Below are positions 28,993 through 43,492 of a stretch of 64,000 nucleotides of DNA, in pieces. The notes under the pieces are model-generated. The model saw only the letters and a program-made list of their open reading frames with translations, searched no databases and was not told where the DNA came from. Made by a program: the position numbers and the translations under genes. The stretch is from the human T2T-CHM13v2.0 reference genome, Homo sapiens. Positions within the stretch are counted from its first letter, which is position 1. Every line of letters starts with the position of its first letter. Where the stretch lies: NCBI RefSeq assembly GCF_009914755.1, contig NC_060936.1. The stretch is one strand, 5' to 3'.

Positions 28993-29929
28993 TGAGAAGC
29001 TCTGGGTTCTTTTCAAGCTCCAAAATTCAATGAATATATTGTATGTGGTTGGGTGGTATAGTAAGTTTATTTTAGAGTGGATGCAAATTCTACCATTTAT
29101 TTGTGTTCACTAATTGAAAACTTTCCTAAGGAAGAGGTATTTTTACTCCTGTTTGAGTCTGATTCCCTTAATGTAGGTGCTGCTTTTGCAGTACTCACTT
29201 CATCAATTGTCTCCTCTCTTTCCTGGATCTCCTGATTTGCATTGGATTCTTCACATTCTCAAACTTCTTTCACATTACCATTTTTTCATTTTTCTCTCTC
29301 TCGCACACCAAAGCAAACAAAACGTCTCCATTCACACTTCGTTCTCTTTGAATTACCACCCTAGTGAAAAAAATAATACAAGTTTTCCATCTCTGTTTCC
29401 TCACTATTCATGATCTATTGCAATTTGGCTTCATTATTACCTGTACATGAAAGTTCTTTTACTAAATTTACCTCTTGTCAAATCTAATGAAAATTTTCAG
29501 TTTTTCTTTTACATAACACTTTAAGTCATTCAACTCTTTTGCGTCACATTTGAACCATAAATCTGTTCTTATGATTTATTTACTGGTTTACTTTGTAGGC
29601 TCTTTTTTCTATGCCTGCTTTTGATATGTGCTGTTTCCCTTGTGCCCTTGGCATTTTTTTTTTTCAAAAACCCATTTTCATCCATGTTGAAGGCTCTACC
29701 TGCCACTTATCTGTTGATAGTCTAAAAATCTGTACCTCCAGTTCAAGCTGTTCCCTAGATTTCAAGACCCATTCATCCAATATGGGTATCCGAAAAGGCA
29801 TCTCACACTCAAAATGTCCTTAATAGAATTCACATGGTTTCTGCACATACTGTGCCAGCTTTCAATCGATTGCTTCTCAGCTCCAATTCTTCTCTTTATT
29901 GCCTTCTCTATGATAATGGAGCTAGTCCC

Positions 29930-30518
29930 TGTCAGCATTTCTCCCTTGTCAGCTGGCATGATGTTAAGCTTTGTCAGTAGTGAATTTTGAAGGGCACTAC
30001 AGGAAGGAGAGGTTTCTCTTCCTGGTTCATGTGCTCCTCTTTATAGGCTCCAGCAGCACACCATGGTCAGCAGCCAGCAGTGATTGACACTTTCCTGTGG
30101 GCCACTTTCCTCAGTACCCCAAGAGTAGCTTTCCAGTGGTTTCTGCATCCTGGCACCTCTTATGTGTCATTCCCTCCAGCATCCCAGCTGTTGGAATCCT
30201 AATGTGTTCTGCTGGTGTGGGATGCTAGCAAAATACTTTATCATCACTGGGCCATGGCTGCATTTCTCTGTCAAGGTCTGGAATTCAACTTTGGTGGGAG
30301 ATGAAGGTCTCCTTCAGATTTGTTGCTTCCTTGGGTGTTATATCCTAGCCCCAGAGGTAGTGGCTGCTAGTGGATATCTACCATTTCTGTTGTCTTCAAA
30401 GTTTGCTTCTTAGTAGGTTATCCCTTATTTTAGCTAATAATTCTATGTGTTAACATTTCTCTATTTAAAGTACTGTGTGATTTCTGTCTCCCCATTTGAC
30501 CTAGACCCATATGTATAC
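29930..30518 (+). mobile_element. Old ERVL-like solo LTR (family not assigned), inside an L2 remnant
   Basis: GC-richer block ending 'tgtgtgatttctgtctcc...gacc...atac', like old LTR 3' ends. Confidence 0.45.
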
Positions 30519-30974
30519 CTCCTTTTTGTATTCTTCATCACAGAGACTATAACTACCAGAACTCATTCTTACTACTAATATCTAATCAATTGACAAGTCT
30601 TATTTACACATTCTATTTAATGCCTTTCTTATGCCTCTTCTCCACTTTATCCCTACTATCTTTGCCCTTGGTTATACCATATTATCTTTTACTTGGGCTC
30701 TTACAGTAGACTCCTATCACTGTGTTACAGCTAATTTTGATCAATATAATAAATATAACAGTCGTTTAGTTGATCTCTTATATTAGTCTTATAAATTAGA
30801 CCTATCTGCAACTCTAGGGCATATTTTATATCAGATAAAAATGATTCTGCTTTGATTTTATGAAGACCTTTGAGAATACATCTAAATTGTTATGTAAGAC
30901 TTACTTGTGACTGGTAAGCTCAGTTTAGATAATGAGCTCTCAAGAGCATACTATTGAACCAATTTAATTTGCTT

Positions 30975-31205
30975 CATAGCATCATTGCACAGTGGTTAAG
31001 AGTATGGACTTTGAAGCTAGCCTGCCTACTTTTCAGTCCTGACTCTAGTATTTACCAGCCATATGACCTTAGCAAAATGTTTAACTTCTTTGTACCTCAG
31101 TTTTCTTCTTTAACATCGGTTTAATAATATTACTTAATTCACTAAATTGTTAGGAGGATTAAAGTCTTAGAACATTTCTTGGCAATGAATAAATGTTAGC
31201 CATTC
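30975..31205 (+). mobile_element. MIR
   Basis: 'agtggttaagagtatggactttg...tgaccttagcaaa...cctcagtttt'. Confidence 0.75.
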
Positions 31206-31290
31206 TTGTTATTGCATTGATTAAATAATTAGAAACTATATTTTTTCCAAAATATATTTAATGCTCTTGTTACTTGTTTTTCAGTATTCT

Positions 31291-31348
31291 ATGATAATGA
31301 TAAAGGTAATGATGATGATGATGATGATAATGATGATAATGATGATAT
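31291..31348. repeat. (ATG)n imperfect microsatellite
   Basis: Directly visible. Confidence 0.9.
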
Positions 31349-34300
31349 GGAATGCAATCATTAAGGCTCAAACACGATTCTCTTCTCATTTTGGCAATGG
31401 CCTATAAAGCCCTGCCTCACAAGTAAGGGGAAACAAGGGAGAGAGTATGGATAAATTAATATGAACTGATCACAATTACAGGAAAACAAACTCAAAGGGC
31501 ACAAAGGAACAGTCATGTGTACTGTTTTTGAATACAAAGGACTTTTTTTTTTTGTCCTCAGAAAACACTGAATAGCCTGTTGATTTCTTCCTGGCCCCAA
31601 ATCTTTGGGTAGTACATTTCTTTTAATGAACTTGATGTTTTTATTTTCTAATTTAGATGATACTTGTTTAAAGCATTCCGCATTTCATCATTAAGAGCTC
31701 TTCTTTCAGCAAAAGCTCTCACATTATTAGAAACACTTCTGGGCAATTAAGAAAGGAGACTACATGAACTCATCCACTTGACAGGGCCTTTTTAAATGTT
31801 TTTTGAAAAGTTAGCTACAGCTATAATCATTTAATTACTTGATATTTGTCAAAAAATTGCTGATTTTAGGTACTTTAATGACTGACAGCAAAGCAGGCAG
31901 AAAACTAGCACAACATCTGCCCACATGGAAATTACTTATTTGTGACAGACCTTTGCAACCAGCTCTCACAGACCATTCCAGCACTGGAAAGAAAGTGTCT
32001 ACAGAAGGGCTGTAAAAAAAGCCCCAGCAACGTCAAGGACAACTGGACTTGAAAAATTTGTTCATGACAAAGAGTATTGGAAAATTTCTGTGCCCTTTAA
32101 TGTATTTAATGAAAGTATTTGGTTAAACTGTGATCTCAAGTATTAATTTCTACAGCCTTAAAATATTTGACTTTGTAGAATTTTCGTCTTTGTGTACTCT
32201 CAATCATCTCCAAATGGTAAGGCTCTTGCTTGGAGAAATTATGTGGCTCAAACATGTTACATTTCCAGATGGGCATGAAGAAGAATTTTATGGAATGTGA
32301 TGGGTTCTAATTCGTCATAGGACAAAGTCGCCAATGAATAGCAAATGCAAAGCAGATTTTTCAAAAGGTGTTACCATTTTTCATTATTTACCTAGGAAAT
32401 AGGTCTCCCCCAGGGTGGATAATCATTCCTTTTAGTAACTGATACAAAAGACTAACTGAAAAATCCTAAATTGAGATAAAAAAAGGAAAAATCTTACTTT
32501 CTGACCTCTGTTTAGTGTATTTTTCTCTCAGAATGAGAAATGTGTTTGCTATTTGATCTGTATGTGTGTGCTTATATAGGAATGGGTCTCAAAAATTTCC
32601 ACATCAGTGAGAAATACCCAGGAAGCTTGTTTAAAATTAAAGTTGTAGATCTCATCCTGAGAGTGCTGGTGTAGAATTTGCAGATAATTCTGATGGAGGT
32701 GATCAGTAGACTACACTTTCAGAAAAACTAGTTTATGAACTAGAGAGGGAAAAACTGAATAATTTCAACTGAAAGAAGAGATCATTTGACTGTGTTATGG
32801 AAACCATGCCGGGTCCTAAAAATACAGAGATTATTCAGATACATTCACAGGAGGAATAAATTTTGAGCTGTGCTCACTCTCATAGCACTGGTAGGAAAAC
32901 AGGGCCCCTCCCAGTCTTCTGTGCAGTTATTTAGTAAAAACAGAATAGCTCCAGGGGCTCTCTTCACAGCTTTGCTAAGTAGTGCTCTTCAGCACCGCTC
33001 TTGCCTCTTCTCAATAGAGGTTGTGATTAATTTGAAAGTCGTAGGCATTTTACGTGTATAATGCCACCCATGATGAACTTGAATACAATTACTGTAGGTT
33101 GACTAATGCATTTACTTGATTTCGTTATCCATATTTTGAGTTAGTGCTTCATTATGCCAATTTATGCAAAATAAAACAAAATAACATTTTGAGCCAAGAA
33201 CACTGTTCTTCTTTTAGAAAGAGTTAATAGAGTAAATTAAATCAAGTTCAAGAGAATGAACATCAGAGGAACACATGAGTGTCACATCTGCTGTCATTCT
33301 GGGGAAGCTCTTCTCAGGACTCTCTTCAGAGCCGTCTCAGGGGCACTTGGTATGGAAACACAACCTCCAAATGCAAAGGAGTACTCAATGCCTTCCTCAA
33401 AGTTCAAAAGGCATGCAGAGTCAGGGAATGAAGATTTTCCTGTTGGCTGAGGATCAACATCTTGATGTTTTGGACTTACTCTAAAAATTAAAGACAGGAA
33501 GACAAAGAATTAATGAGCAAGTTTTCATAGTCTGATTAACAACTTCCTAGAAAAATTTATAGCTCCATTCCTATGTTTGGGAAAAACAGATCTTCATTTT
33601 CTCTGCAATGTACTATCTATCAATATTATGTTTTTATACTTTCTATTTGAAGAAAAATCCTTTGAGTCTTAGACTTTTTATTTCAAGTAATGTAAATTTC
33701 AATTTAATCTCACTCTTCCTAAAATATGTTAACTTGACTCAAAATAGTCCTTAGTAGATGAGCTTATTCCCCAGTATAATATCAGTCATTTACATATAGT
33801 ATTTGTGTCCACTTATTAGTCAACCAATGCTAATTTATTGGACATTTACTGTAGCCCTAATTTTGTGACTGTCACAAACGATATAAGTATTTGTCCTTTT
33901 CAGCTAATCTACACTTAGTTGAGCAGAAATGTCATGAAACATAAAAAGTAACTAATAATTCACTAAAGAAAATGCTAAGTGCCAAATGGTGATGCAAATA
34001 AAAAACAAGCACAGTTGCTGAGAACACAGGAGAAGGACAAGCAAGCTCTGGGAGTAGGTGGGAATGTGCAACAGAGCAGCAGAAAGCTTGGGCATCACTT
34101 TAAAGGATGATTGGAATTCTATACGTAGAAACAAGTTTGTGGGGGAAGATGGGGATGGAAGAAGATCTTTCAGATGGGCAAAACAATATGAGAAGTCTGA
34201 AATTTTATAATGACTCAAAAAAATTAGAGATGAAAACTTAGAGTTGGGGGGAATAAGGTTGGGAAGACTGAGAATAACTGTGAATATTACGTGAATGAGT

Positions 34301-34539
34301 TTGAAATGTATTCTATAATAAATGTGAAGATTCTAAGATTTTCTAAACAGGGGAGTGATCTGAGTATGCTTGTCATTTGTGTAGCATTAAGAAAAACAGG
34401 AAGTCGGGTATTAATCTGGCAATCATGTGCAGGTTGCATTTGACTGTGACCATTGGTGTTAATTACTCCTCAGTTGTGTTTCCATAGCTCTATAAACACA
34501 CATCTTTTGTGGTACACCATAAAACAGTTACTTTCTCAT

Positions 34540-34980
34540 ATACAATAAATATTTAGAGTGCTTACTATGTCCCAGGAGCTCTTCTAGGTACTGTTATTAC
34601 GGTGGCAAATAGATAAACAGTCTCTGCCCTAATGAAACTTACATTTTAATAGGGGAGACAGACCAGAATAAAATAAAATCACTCTACAAGATACAGCATT
34701 GACTCAGATAGTGATGTGTTATGAAGAAAGTATAGAAAATTTGGACCTAGAGAATGACAGGTTGAAAAAAGACTAGATGGGAGTAATCAGGGAAGGTCTC
34801 TTTGAGGAGGCAGTGTTTTGTGTACACCTAAAAAAGGAGAAAGGAGGAAGATATTAGAAGAGCTGGAGGTCAGGTATTCCAGGCTTTAGATTTTATTCTA
34901 TGTGTGACAAGAAGCAATTGTGAAGTTTTATTTCATGTATTTATTTATGTTTTTTTAGCAGAGTAGTGATATAAAGTGAT
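34540..34980 (-). mobile_element. L2 3' remnant
   Basis: 'gagtgcttactatgtcccagg', 'tctctgccctaatgaaacttacattt'. Confidence 0.65.
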
Positions 34981-34989
34981 TTCTGTTGC

Positions 34990-35667
34990 TTGGTGTGGGC
35001 CCTCTTCATGGTTTGCAGATGGCCCCTTCTTGCTGTGTCTTTGCATGATGGAGAGATGGGGGAATGGAGAGAGAGAGTGAGAGAGGGGAGAGAGAGAGAT
35101 TGATTTGAGCTCTGTTCTCTCTTCCTTTTACAATAATGGCACTAAGACACTAATCCCATCATGGCAGCCTCACTCTCATGACCTCATATAAATGTAATGA
35201 TCTCCCAAAGACACCACCCCTAATACCATCTGATATGGTTTGGCTGTGTCTCCACCTGAATCTCATCTTGAATTATAGCTCCCATAATTCCCACATGTTA
35301 TGGGAGGGATCCAGTTGGAGGTAATTGAATCATGAGGGGCGGGTATTTCTGTGCTGTTCTTGTGATAGTGCATAAGTCTCATGATACCTGATGGTTTTAT
35401 AAAGGCGAGTTTCCCTACACAAGCTCTCTTGCCTGCCACCATATAAGACGTAACTTTGCTCCTCCTTTGCCTTCCGCCATGATTGTGAAGCCTCACCAAC
35501 CATGTGGAACTGTGAGTCAATTAAACCTCTTTCTTTTATAAATTACCCAGTCTTGGTGTGTCTTTATTAGCAGCATGAGAACAGACTAATACACCATCAG
35601 AAAACTCAAATGTAAGTCTTTGATATAAAATTTAGGGGTGGGGAGCATAAACATTCAATTCACAGCA
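34990..35667 (-). mobile_element. MLT1A-like MaLR LTR (truncated), interrupted by THE1
   Basis: Minus strand begins tgctgtgaattgaatgtttatg and continues 'gaggtcatgagagtgaggctgccatgatgggattagtg'. Confidence 0.75.
35231..35593 (+). mobile_element. THE1 MaLR solo LTR
   Basis: tgatatggtttggctgtgt ... agactaataca; perfect 5-bp TSD ccatc. Confidence 0.93.
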
Positions 35668-36566
35668 ATCTACTATGTGAAGAAAGTAGCAATGCTGCTG
35701 TCACTCAAAATGCCGTGGCTCTTAGGATCCTGCTCGTATTGAAATGAAATAAATCTTGCATCTGTCTGAAGTTTCCTCATACCATTTATTTAATGTGAGC
35801 ATCATTATTCATGTTCCTGCATTATCCTGTGTAGTCTGAGTGAATACTGGTTTCCAATTACCCTATTGAAGTTACTGTGCTTTGTTGGTGATAATCACAA
35901 ATTCAAGCCTTGCCCAGAGGATGCAGGTAAATGTTAACAATAATTCATTTTCTGGTCATTTTAAATTTACTTTTTAGAATTTTACAATGTAAATGTAAAA
36001 ATACCATATCTTCCAACTATGTCTTCTCTTCAGCTCTTTTAGGTTGTAATCATACATTCCTCGAATGTGATCTTTTTCAGTGTTGACCCATCACTGCCTT
36101 CCATATGCCACCACCAATGGGGAGGAGCGAAAAGGACCATTAGCAAAGTAAGAATAGTTCTCTTCACATCAGGAACCTCTCTCCCTCATTCACTATGGCT
36201 TCAGGCTGACCTAGGAGAACATGGCCTTGCCACATTGATCTGAGGCAAGAACATCAGTCAGAATGGCCTGTTTAGGTGTTGCAGAGCAAAGGTCTTGAAA
36301 TCCCTCAGAGGAGTACATGTAGATACCCCTAGAGGAATGTTGAGACTACAGAAGGAGTGGGGGACCACCCTGGGGGCCAGCAGTGGAGGAGGTGGTCAAT
36401 GAGTTAAGAACATTTGCCACTACTGCTACCCCTGCCATGCTCCAGTGCTTTAGACCAGAGACAGCATCATAGTCAGAAGATGGACAGGCAAAAGAGTACA
36501 CATGGGCCCTACGTGAGGCTCAAGCCCAGTGGATTTATAAGCAGAGCTCAAGGGTGGGAAAGGTGG

Positions 36567-37058
36567 TGTGATAGGCAGTCTCTAGGATGGTCCTCATTGC
36601 TCCCCATCTCCTGATATTCACGTTCTTGAGTAATCACCTTTCTTTGAGTGTGGGCTGGACTCACTACTTGCTTCTAATGAATAGAATACGGTAGAAGTAA
36701 TGATACGTCACCCCTGAGATTAGGGTACACAGAGACTGTAGCTTCGGTCTTGAGCATTCTCTCTCTTAAAATTTTTAGCTGAGAATAGCCAGCTGCCATG
36801 TTGTGAGGCAGCCCAGTGGCACAGCCCCTGTGTGAGGGAGCAAGTCCTGCCAGCAGCCCTCTGGGTGAGCTTGGATGCAGATCCATCAGCTCCTGGAATC
36901 TTCAGAGGACTGTAACTTCCTGGAGACCTTGAGCCAGGGACACTCAGTTAAGCTGTTCCCAGACTCCTAAACCACAGAAACAAAGATAATGAATGTCTAT
37001 TGTTTTAAGTCTCTAGATTTGGGGGTAATTTGTTATGCAGGAATAAATAACTAATACA
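36567..37058 (+). mobile_element. MLT1E/F-like MaLR solo LTR
   Basis: tgtgataggcagtctctaggatgg ... aactaataca; TSD ggtgg/agtgg. Confidence 0.82.
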
Positions 37059-37059
37059 A

Positions 37060-38600
<1,541 letters not shown>

Positions 38601-41509
38601 GTTTGCATGCTGGCAACTTCCTCCACTGTCTTCTTCCCTTATATAATCTCTCCATCCCTTGGTCACAGGCTTGTAGCACTCCGGCCATAGGAAACTATCT
38701 GCCACCCCCTCAGATAGATCAGGCTGTTAGGTACATGCACTTGCATTTTTGCATATGCTTTCCTCTTAGTTTAGAACACTTCATTTCTTCATCAAACTGT
38801 TCTTTCTTGACTCTAACAGTCACTTCCTCCATGGTATGCCTCTAGCAATGATCACAGCATCCTGTAGTTATATTTTATGTACTTTAGTCAGTTTCCCTAA
38901 TTAAAATGTGAGTCTTGTAAGAGCGGAGACCTTATATTATTCATGTTTGTATTCCTGGCACAGGGCTTGGTCTACATGAAATAAATGGCCTATGTTCCTA
39001 TGTTTTTCTGGCATGAAAGAATGTTTTGGGGGAACTGCAGTAAAGACAACAGATGAGGAGGCTCCTCTCACAGAATATTTTATTTCCACTCTCACATCCT
39101 CCATTATAATATTCAAGAGGCATATGCTTTTTGAGAGCAAATATATTTTAATAGTACTTTTATGTGGTTTCCTTATGTATTTCCTAATTTTTATATCAGC
39201 TTCATTTATAAACAGTAACAAAGTAGAAATAAAAGTAGGATCCTGTAGCTAGATCCACAGCAACTCTCTGTATACAGAGGAGACAGAAACTCCTCATTGA
39301 CATCTACTTTATTCTTTGTGGACAGGTAGGTGAGTCAGTAAGAACATGTGTAATAATGACAAGGTTACAGGTTAAATTTCATGAGAAGCATGTTGTCTTT
39401 CATATTTATCTATCCAAGTTTGTACATAATGGTGCGGAAATGTGAACGAATTACTCTAACTCTACCAGCTCTTCTGGAAGAACCCCTCAGTTCATGAAGT
39501 GGAAACACAGTAGTGATTGCATAGATAACATGGAAGAGCATTCACTTGGCAACTATGATTAATTAAGAGTTAATTCAGAATAACTTATAAAGATGGAAAT
39601 AGTAAACTGAGCCAGAGAGATTAGCAGGCAAAATTCTTGTGGAGCAAACAGAGAGGAAAAAAAGATACAAGTAATTAAATGTAACATATAACCATGTTTA
39701 TAATGAAAATATAGGTCAAAGCTCACTAGAGCAAATATTATTATGACACTTTCTGCCCAGAGGAAAAAAATTGTAAACCCTAGTTAAGGATCCATTTTTA
39801 AGCATGATTACTATGCAAAACAAAATTACAGTACAGCAAACTAACATTTGCAGTTCCATAGGGCTTATTTTCATATTTATAAAATAGAAACACGGAGTTC
39901 TGATAGGTATTATTATCATTTTGTCATTTAATGACATGAGAAAAATTAGCCTAAAGTTGAACAAAGAACATGAAAATCAGAAATATTATTTTATATTGTT
40001 CCAAATTGACATTGGTATCATAGGAATAAAAAAGAAAATATTAGTGTTGGTAATAAACAATGTTATGCACTAGAATAAAAGGATATTCTTCCATAGAGTA
40101 GACATATTTTATTCTTTTTAAGGACAGAGAAGACATTTAATTATTATGGTTATCACTTATTATTATTGAAACAAACCAGGTGTGAGACCTTTCTTGAAGT
40201 GCAGATTCTTTAATTAAAAATTATTACTAATTAACTTATATCCTCTACTATGCCAAGAAAAATCTTGGCCATGCTGGCAATGCTTAAAAATTTAGAAAGT
40301 GGCTACATTTGTAGAGGTGTAATTTACCATTAAATTTTATTAAAGTAGATAATATTTTGATGACAGTAGAAAATGTTTTTATTACAGCATACATAAGGAT
40401 GCCCTTAAGCTTATCCAATTTTTCATTTTTGAGTGAGTGTACTAACATTTCTCCTGCAAGGCAGTGAATGAAATTTCAATCACGAAAGGGTTAAAAACAT
40501 TGGTTAGAATTGAAGTATATTCTATTTTCTAGAATTCACATGCATAGTTTAGAAATGCTATCACAGCACATTAAATGTTATTATACTGATTATTTATCAC
40601 ATGGTTAATTATGCCTAATGCAGAGTGAGAGTTTACTGCAACTGATTATAATTAGATGTGTTTGGCTGCAGTTAGAATTCATAATGGTGCAAGGTTTATA
40701 TTTTCGCTCGGTATGTGAAAGGGAAAGGCTTTAGTAATGAATTTATAGCAATAATTAGGTCATAGATTTACTGCTAAATGCATTACAGTTAAGCAATTCT
40801 ATATATACATGTCTCAGGACTGAATGCATACGCACATATTTATCTGCAAAACATAACCAAAGACGCATTAAATTGCTGAAACAAATTGGTTTTCTTTTGC
40901 TATCTGGTTTTTAGGTCATTGTTTCCAAGGCTCTTTGAGATCACTGAATTGAGAGGTGTGACTAGAAGTCTTTATACATATATTCAATAGTGCAAGACTC
41001 ATTGAAATTGCTGTAATAAATGATTACCAAATTCAGTTACATATTTTCATTAGTCTGGGCATCTATGCAAGCAAAGCCTATTAGCTGGGAAGGATTACAG
41101 AATAGGGCATCTAAAATTTCCTTGCACAGCACAATAAATGCCTTCAATAGGATGTCAGCATACCTCTTGTCCTTCCATTTTCTGTGGTCAATTATAATAA
41201 GTTCTTTCAAAATTAAGTTCTCAGGTTGGAAATTGTGAATATGACTATTTCTACTTTATCCTCTTTTGTGCAGGGAGCAAACTCACCTCAGAAGTCACAT
41301 CAGAAAGTACATTTAGAATTTTTATTTTTGAAGTACATAATTCAAATGTAATTTTTAAATTTTATATATTTTAGTAATAAAATACATTTCATACATTTAA
41401 ATGTTGTCACAAGATTTTGTTGTCTATCCTGTTTAGTACTTTGATAGTTGCCTGAAAGTTGGGAAGAAGAGCTAATATTTCAAATGGCAAAATAAAAGTT
41501 CAGAGATCT

Positions 41510-41765
41510 GCTTCCCGCCGTGCCCCGCGGCCAGCCGGGGCAGCCGGGAAGCGGATGGGGCGGTGCATCACTCGGGTCCGCTCCACACCGTCGCCACTGC
41601 TGTGGTAGCCGGTTGGCCGAGGGGCCACGATAACTGGTTGCCCGCAGTAGGAGCAGAATTCGGTATGTACCGCCGCCAGGAAGATGGAGGGGCCTTTGTC
41701 CGTGTTCGGAGACCGCAGCAGTGGGGAGGCGATCCGCTCCCAGAACATTATGGCTGCAGCTTCGA
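41510..41765. promoter_or_regulatory. CpG-dense retrocopied TCP1 5' leader (small CpG island)
   Basis: About 25 CpGs in ~255 bp by manual count, in an otherwise CpG-depleted window. Activity not shown. Confidence 0.55.
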
Positions 41766-43429
41766 TTGCCAATATTGTAAAAAGTGCTCTTGGTCCGTTG
41801 TCTTGGATAAAATGTTGGTGGATGATACTGGTGATGTAACCATTACTAATGATGGTGCAACCATCCTGAAGTTACTGGAGGTAGAACATCCTGCAGCTAA
41901 TTTTCTTTGTGAGCTGGCTGATCTGCAAGACAAAGAAGTTAGAGATGGAACTACCTCAGTGGTTATTATTGCAGCAGAACTCCTAAAAAATGCAGATTAA
42001 TTAGTTAAACAGAAAATTCATCCCACATCAGTTATTAGTGGCTAACGACTTGCTTGCAAGGAAGCAGTGCATTTTATCAATGAAAACCTAATTGTTAACA
42101 AAGATGAACTGGGAAGAGATTGCCTGATTAATGCTGCTAAGACAATCCATGTCTTCCAAAATCATTGGAATAAATGGTGATTTCTTTGCTAACATGGTAG
42201 TAGATGCTGTACTTGCTATTAAATACACAGATATAAGAGGCCAGCCACATTATCCAGTGAATTCTGTTAATATTTTGAAAGCCCGTGGGAGAAGTCAAAC
42301 AGAGAGCATGCACGTCAGTGGCTGTGCACTCAACTGTGTGGTGGGATCCCACGGCATGCCCAAGAGAATCATAAATGCAAAAATTGCTTGCCTTGACTTT
42401 AGCCTGAAAAAAACATGAAGCTTGGTGTACAGTGGTCATTACAGATCATGAAAAACTGGACCAAATTAGACAAAGAGAATCAGATTATCACCAAGGAGAG
42501 AATTCAGAAGATCCTGGCAACTGGTGCCAACGTTATTCTAACCACTGGTGGAATTGATGATATGTGTCTGAAGTATTTTGTGGAGGCAGGTGCTATGGCA
42601 GTTAGAAGAGTTTTAAAGGCATTGCTAAAGCTTCTGGAGCAACTATTCTGTCAACCCTGGCCAATTCGGAAGGTGAAGAAACTTTTGAAGCTGCAATGTT
42701 GGGACAGGCAGAAGTGGTACGGGAGGGAATTTGTGATGATGAGCTGATCTTAAAAACACTAAGGCTCATACATCTGCATCGATTATCTTACGTGGGGCAA
42801 ATGATATCATGTGTGGTGAGATGGAGCGCTCTTTACATGATGCACTTTGTGTAGTGAAGAGAGTTTTGGAGTCAAAATCCATGGTTCCAGGCGGGGGTGC
42901 TGTAGAAGCAGCCCTTTCCATATACCTTGAAAACTATGCAACCAGCATGGGGTCTCAGGAAGAGCTTGCTATTGCAGAGTTTGCAAGATCACTTCTTGTT
43001 ATTCCTAATACACTGGCAGTTAATGCTGCCCAGGACTCCACAGATCTGGTCACAAAATTCAGAGCTTTTCATAATGAGGCTCAGGTTAACCCAGAACATA
43101 AAAATCTGAAATGGATTGGTCTTGATTTGAGCAATGGTGAACGTGGAGACAACAAACAAGCAGGGATGTTTGAACCAACCATAGTTAAAGTTAAGAGTTT
43201 GAAATTTGCAACAGAAGCTGCAATTACCATTCTTCGAATTGATGATCTTACTAAATTACATCCAGAAAGTAAAGATGATAAACATGGAGGTTATGAAGAT
43301 GCTGTTCACTCTGGAGCCCTTAATGATTGATCTGATGTCTCTTTTATTTATAACAATGTGAAATGCAATTGTCTTGTACCTTGAGTTGAGTATTACACAT
43401 TAAAGTACAACAAGCTGTTAAAAAAAAAA
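41510..43429 (+). pseudogene. TCP1: Processed pseudogene of TCP1 (CCT1, T-complex protein 1 subunit alpha)
   Basis: Intronless. ATG at 41684 ([12 protein letters not shown]), motifs [17 protein letters not shown] and C-terminal YEDAVHSGALND, stop at 43328-43330. In-frame stops (TAA 41998, TAA 42044) and several frameshifts. ATTAAA at 43399, poly-A, decayed TSD. The symbol is the parent gene; the pseudogene locus number was not determined. Confidence 0.97.
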
Positions 43430-43440
43430 TTCAGACATCT

Positions 43441-43492
43441 GTGTTAACAAACCTACACATGTGCCCCTGCACCTAAAATAAAAGGTAAAATA
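43441..43492 (+). mobile_element. Tiny L1PA 3' tip (~50 nt)
   Basis: 'taacaaacctacacatgtgcccctgcacctaaaataaaag' resembles the extreme L1PA 3' end; flanked by aattca(g/t)acatct. Confidence 0.75.

Noticed and set aside
41563-43330. Functional chaperonin gene
   Set aside because: Intronless, with in-frame stops, frameshifts, poly-A and TSD, so it is a processed pseudogene.
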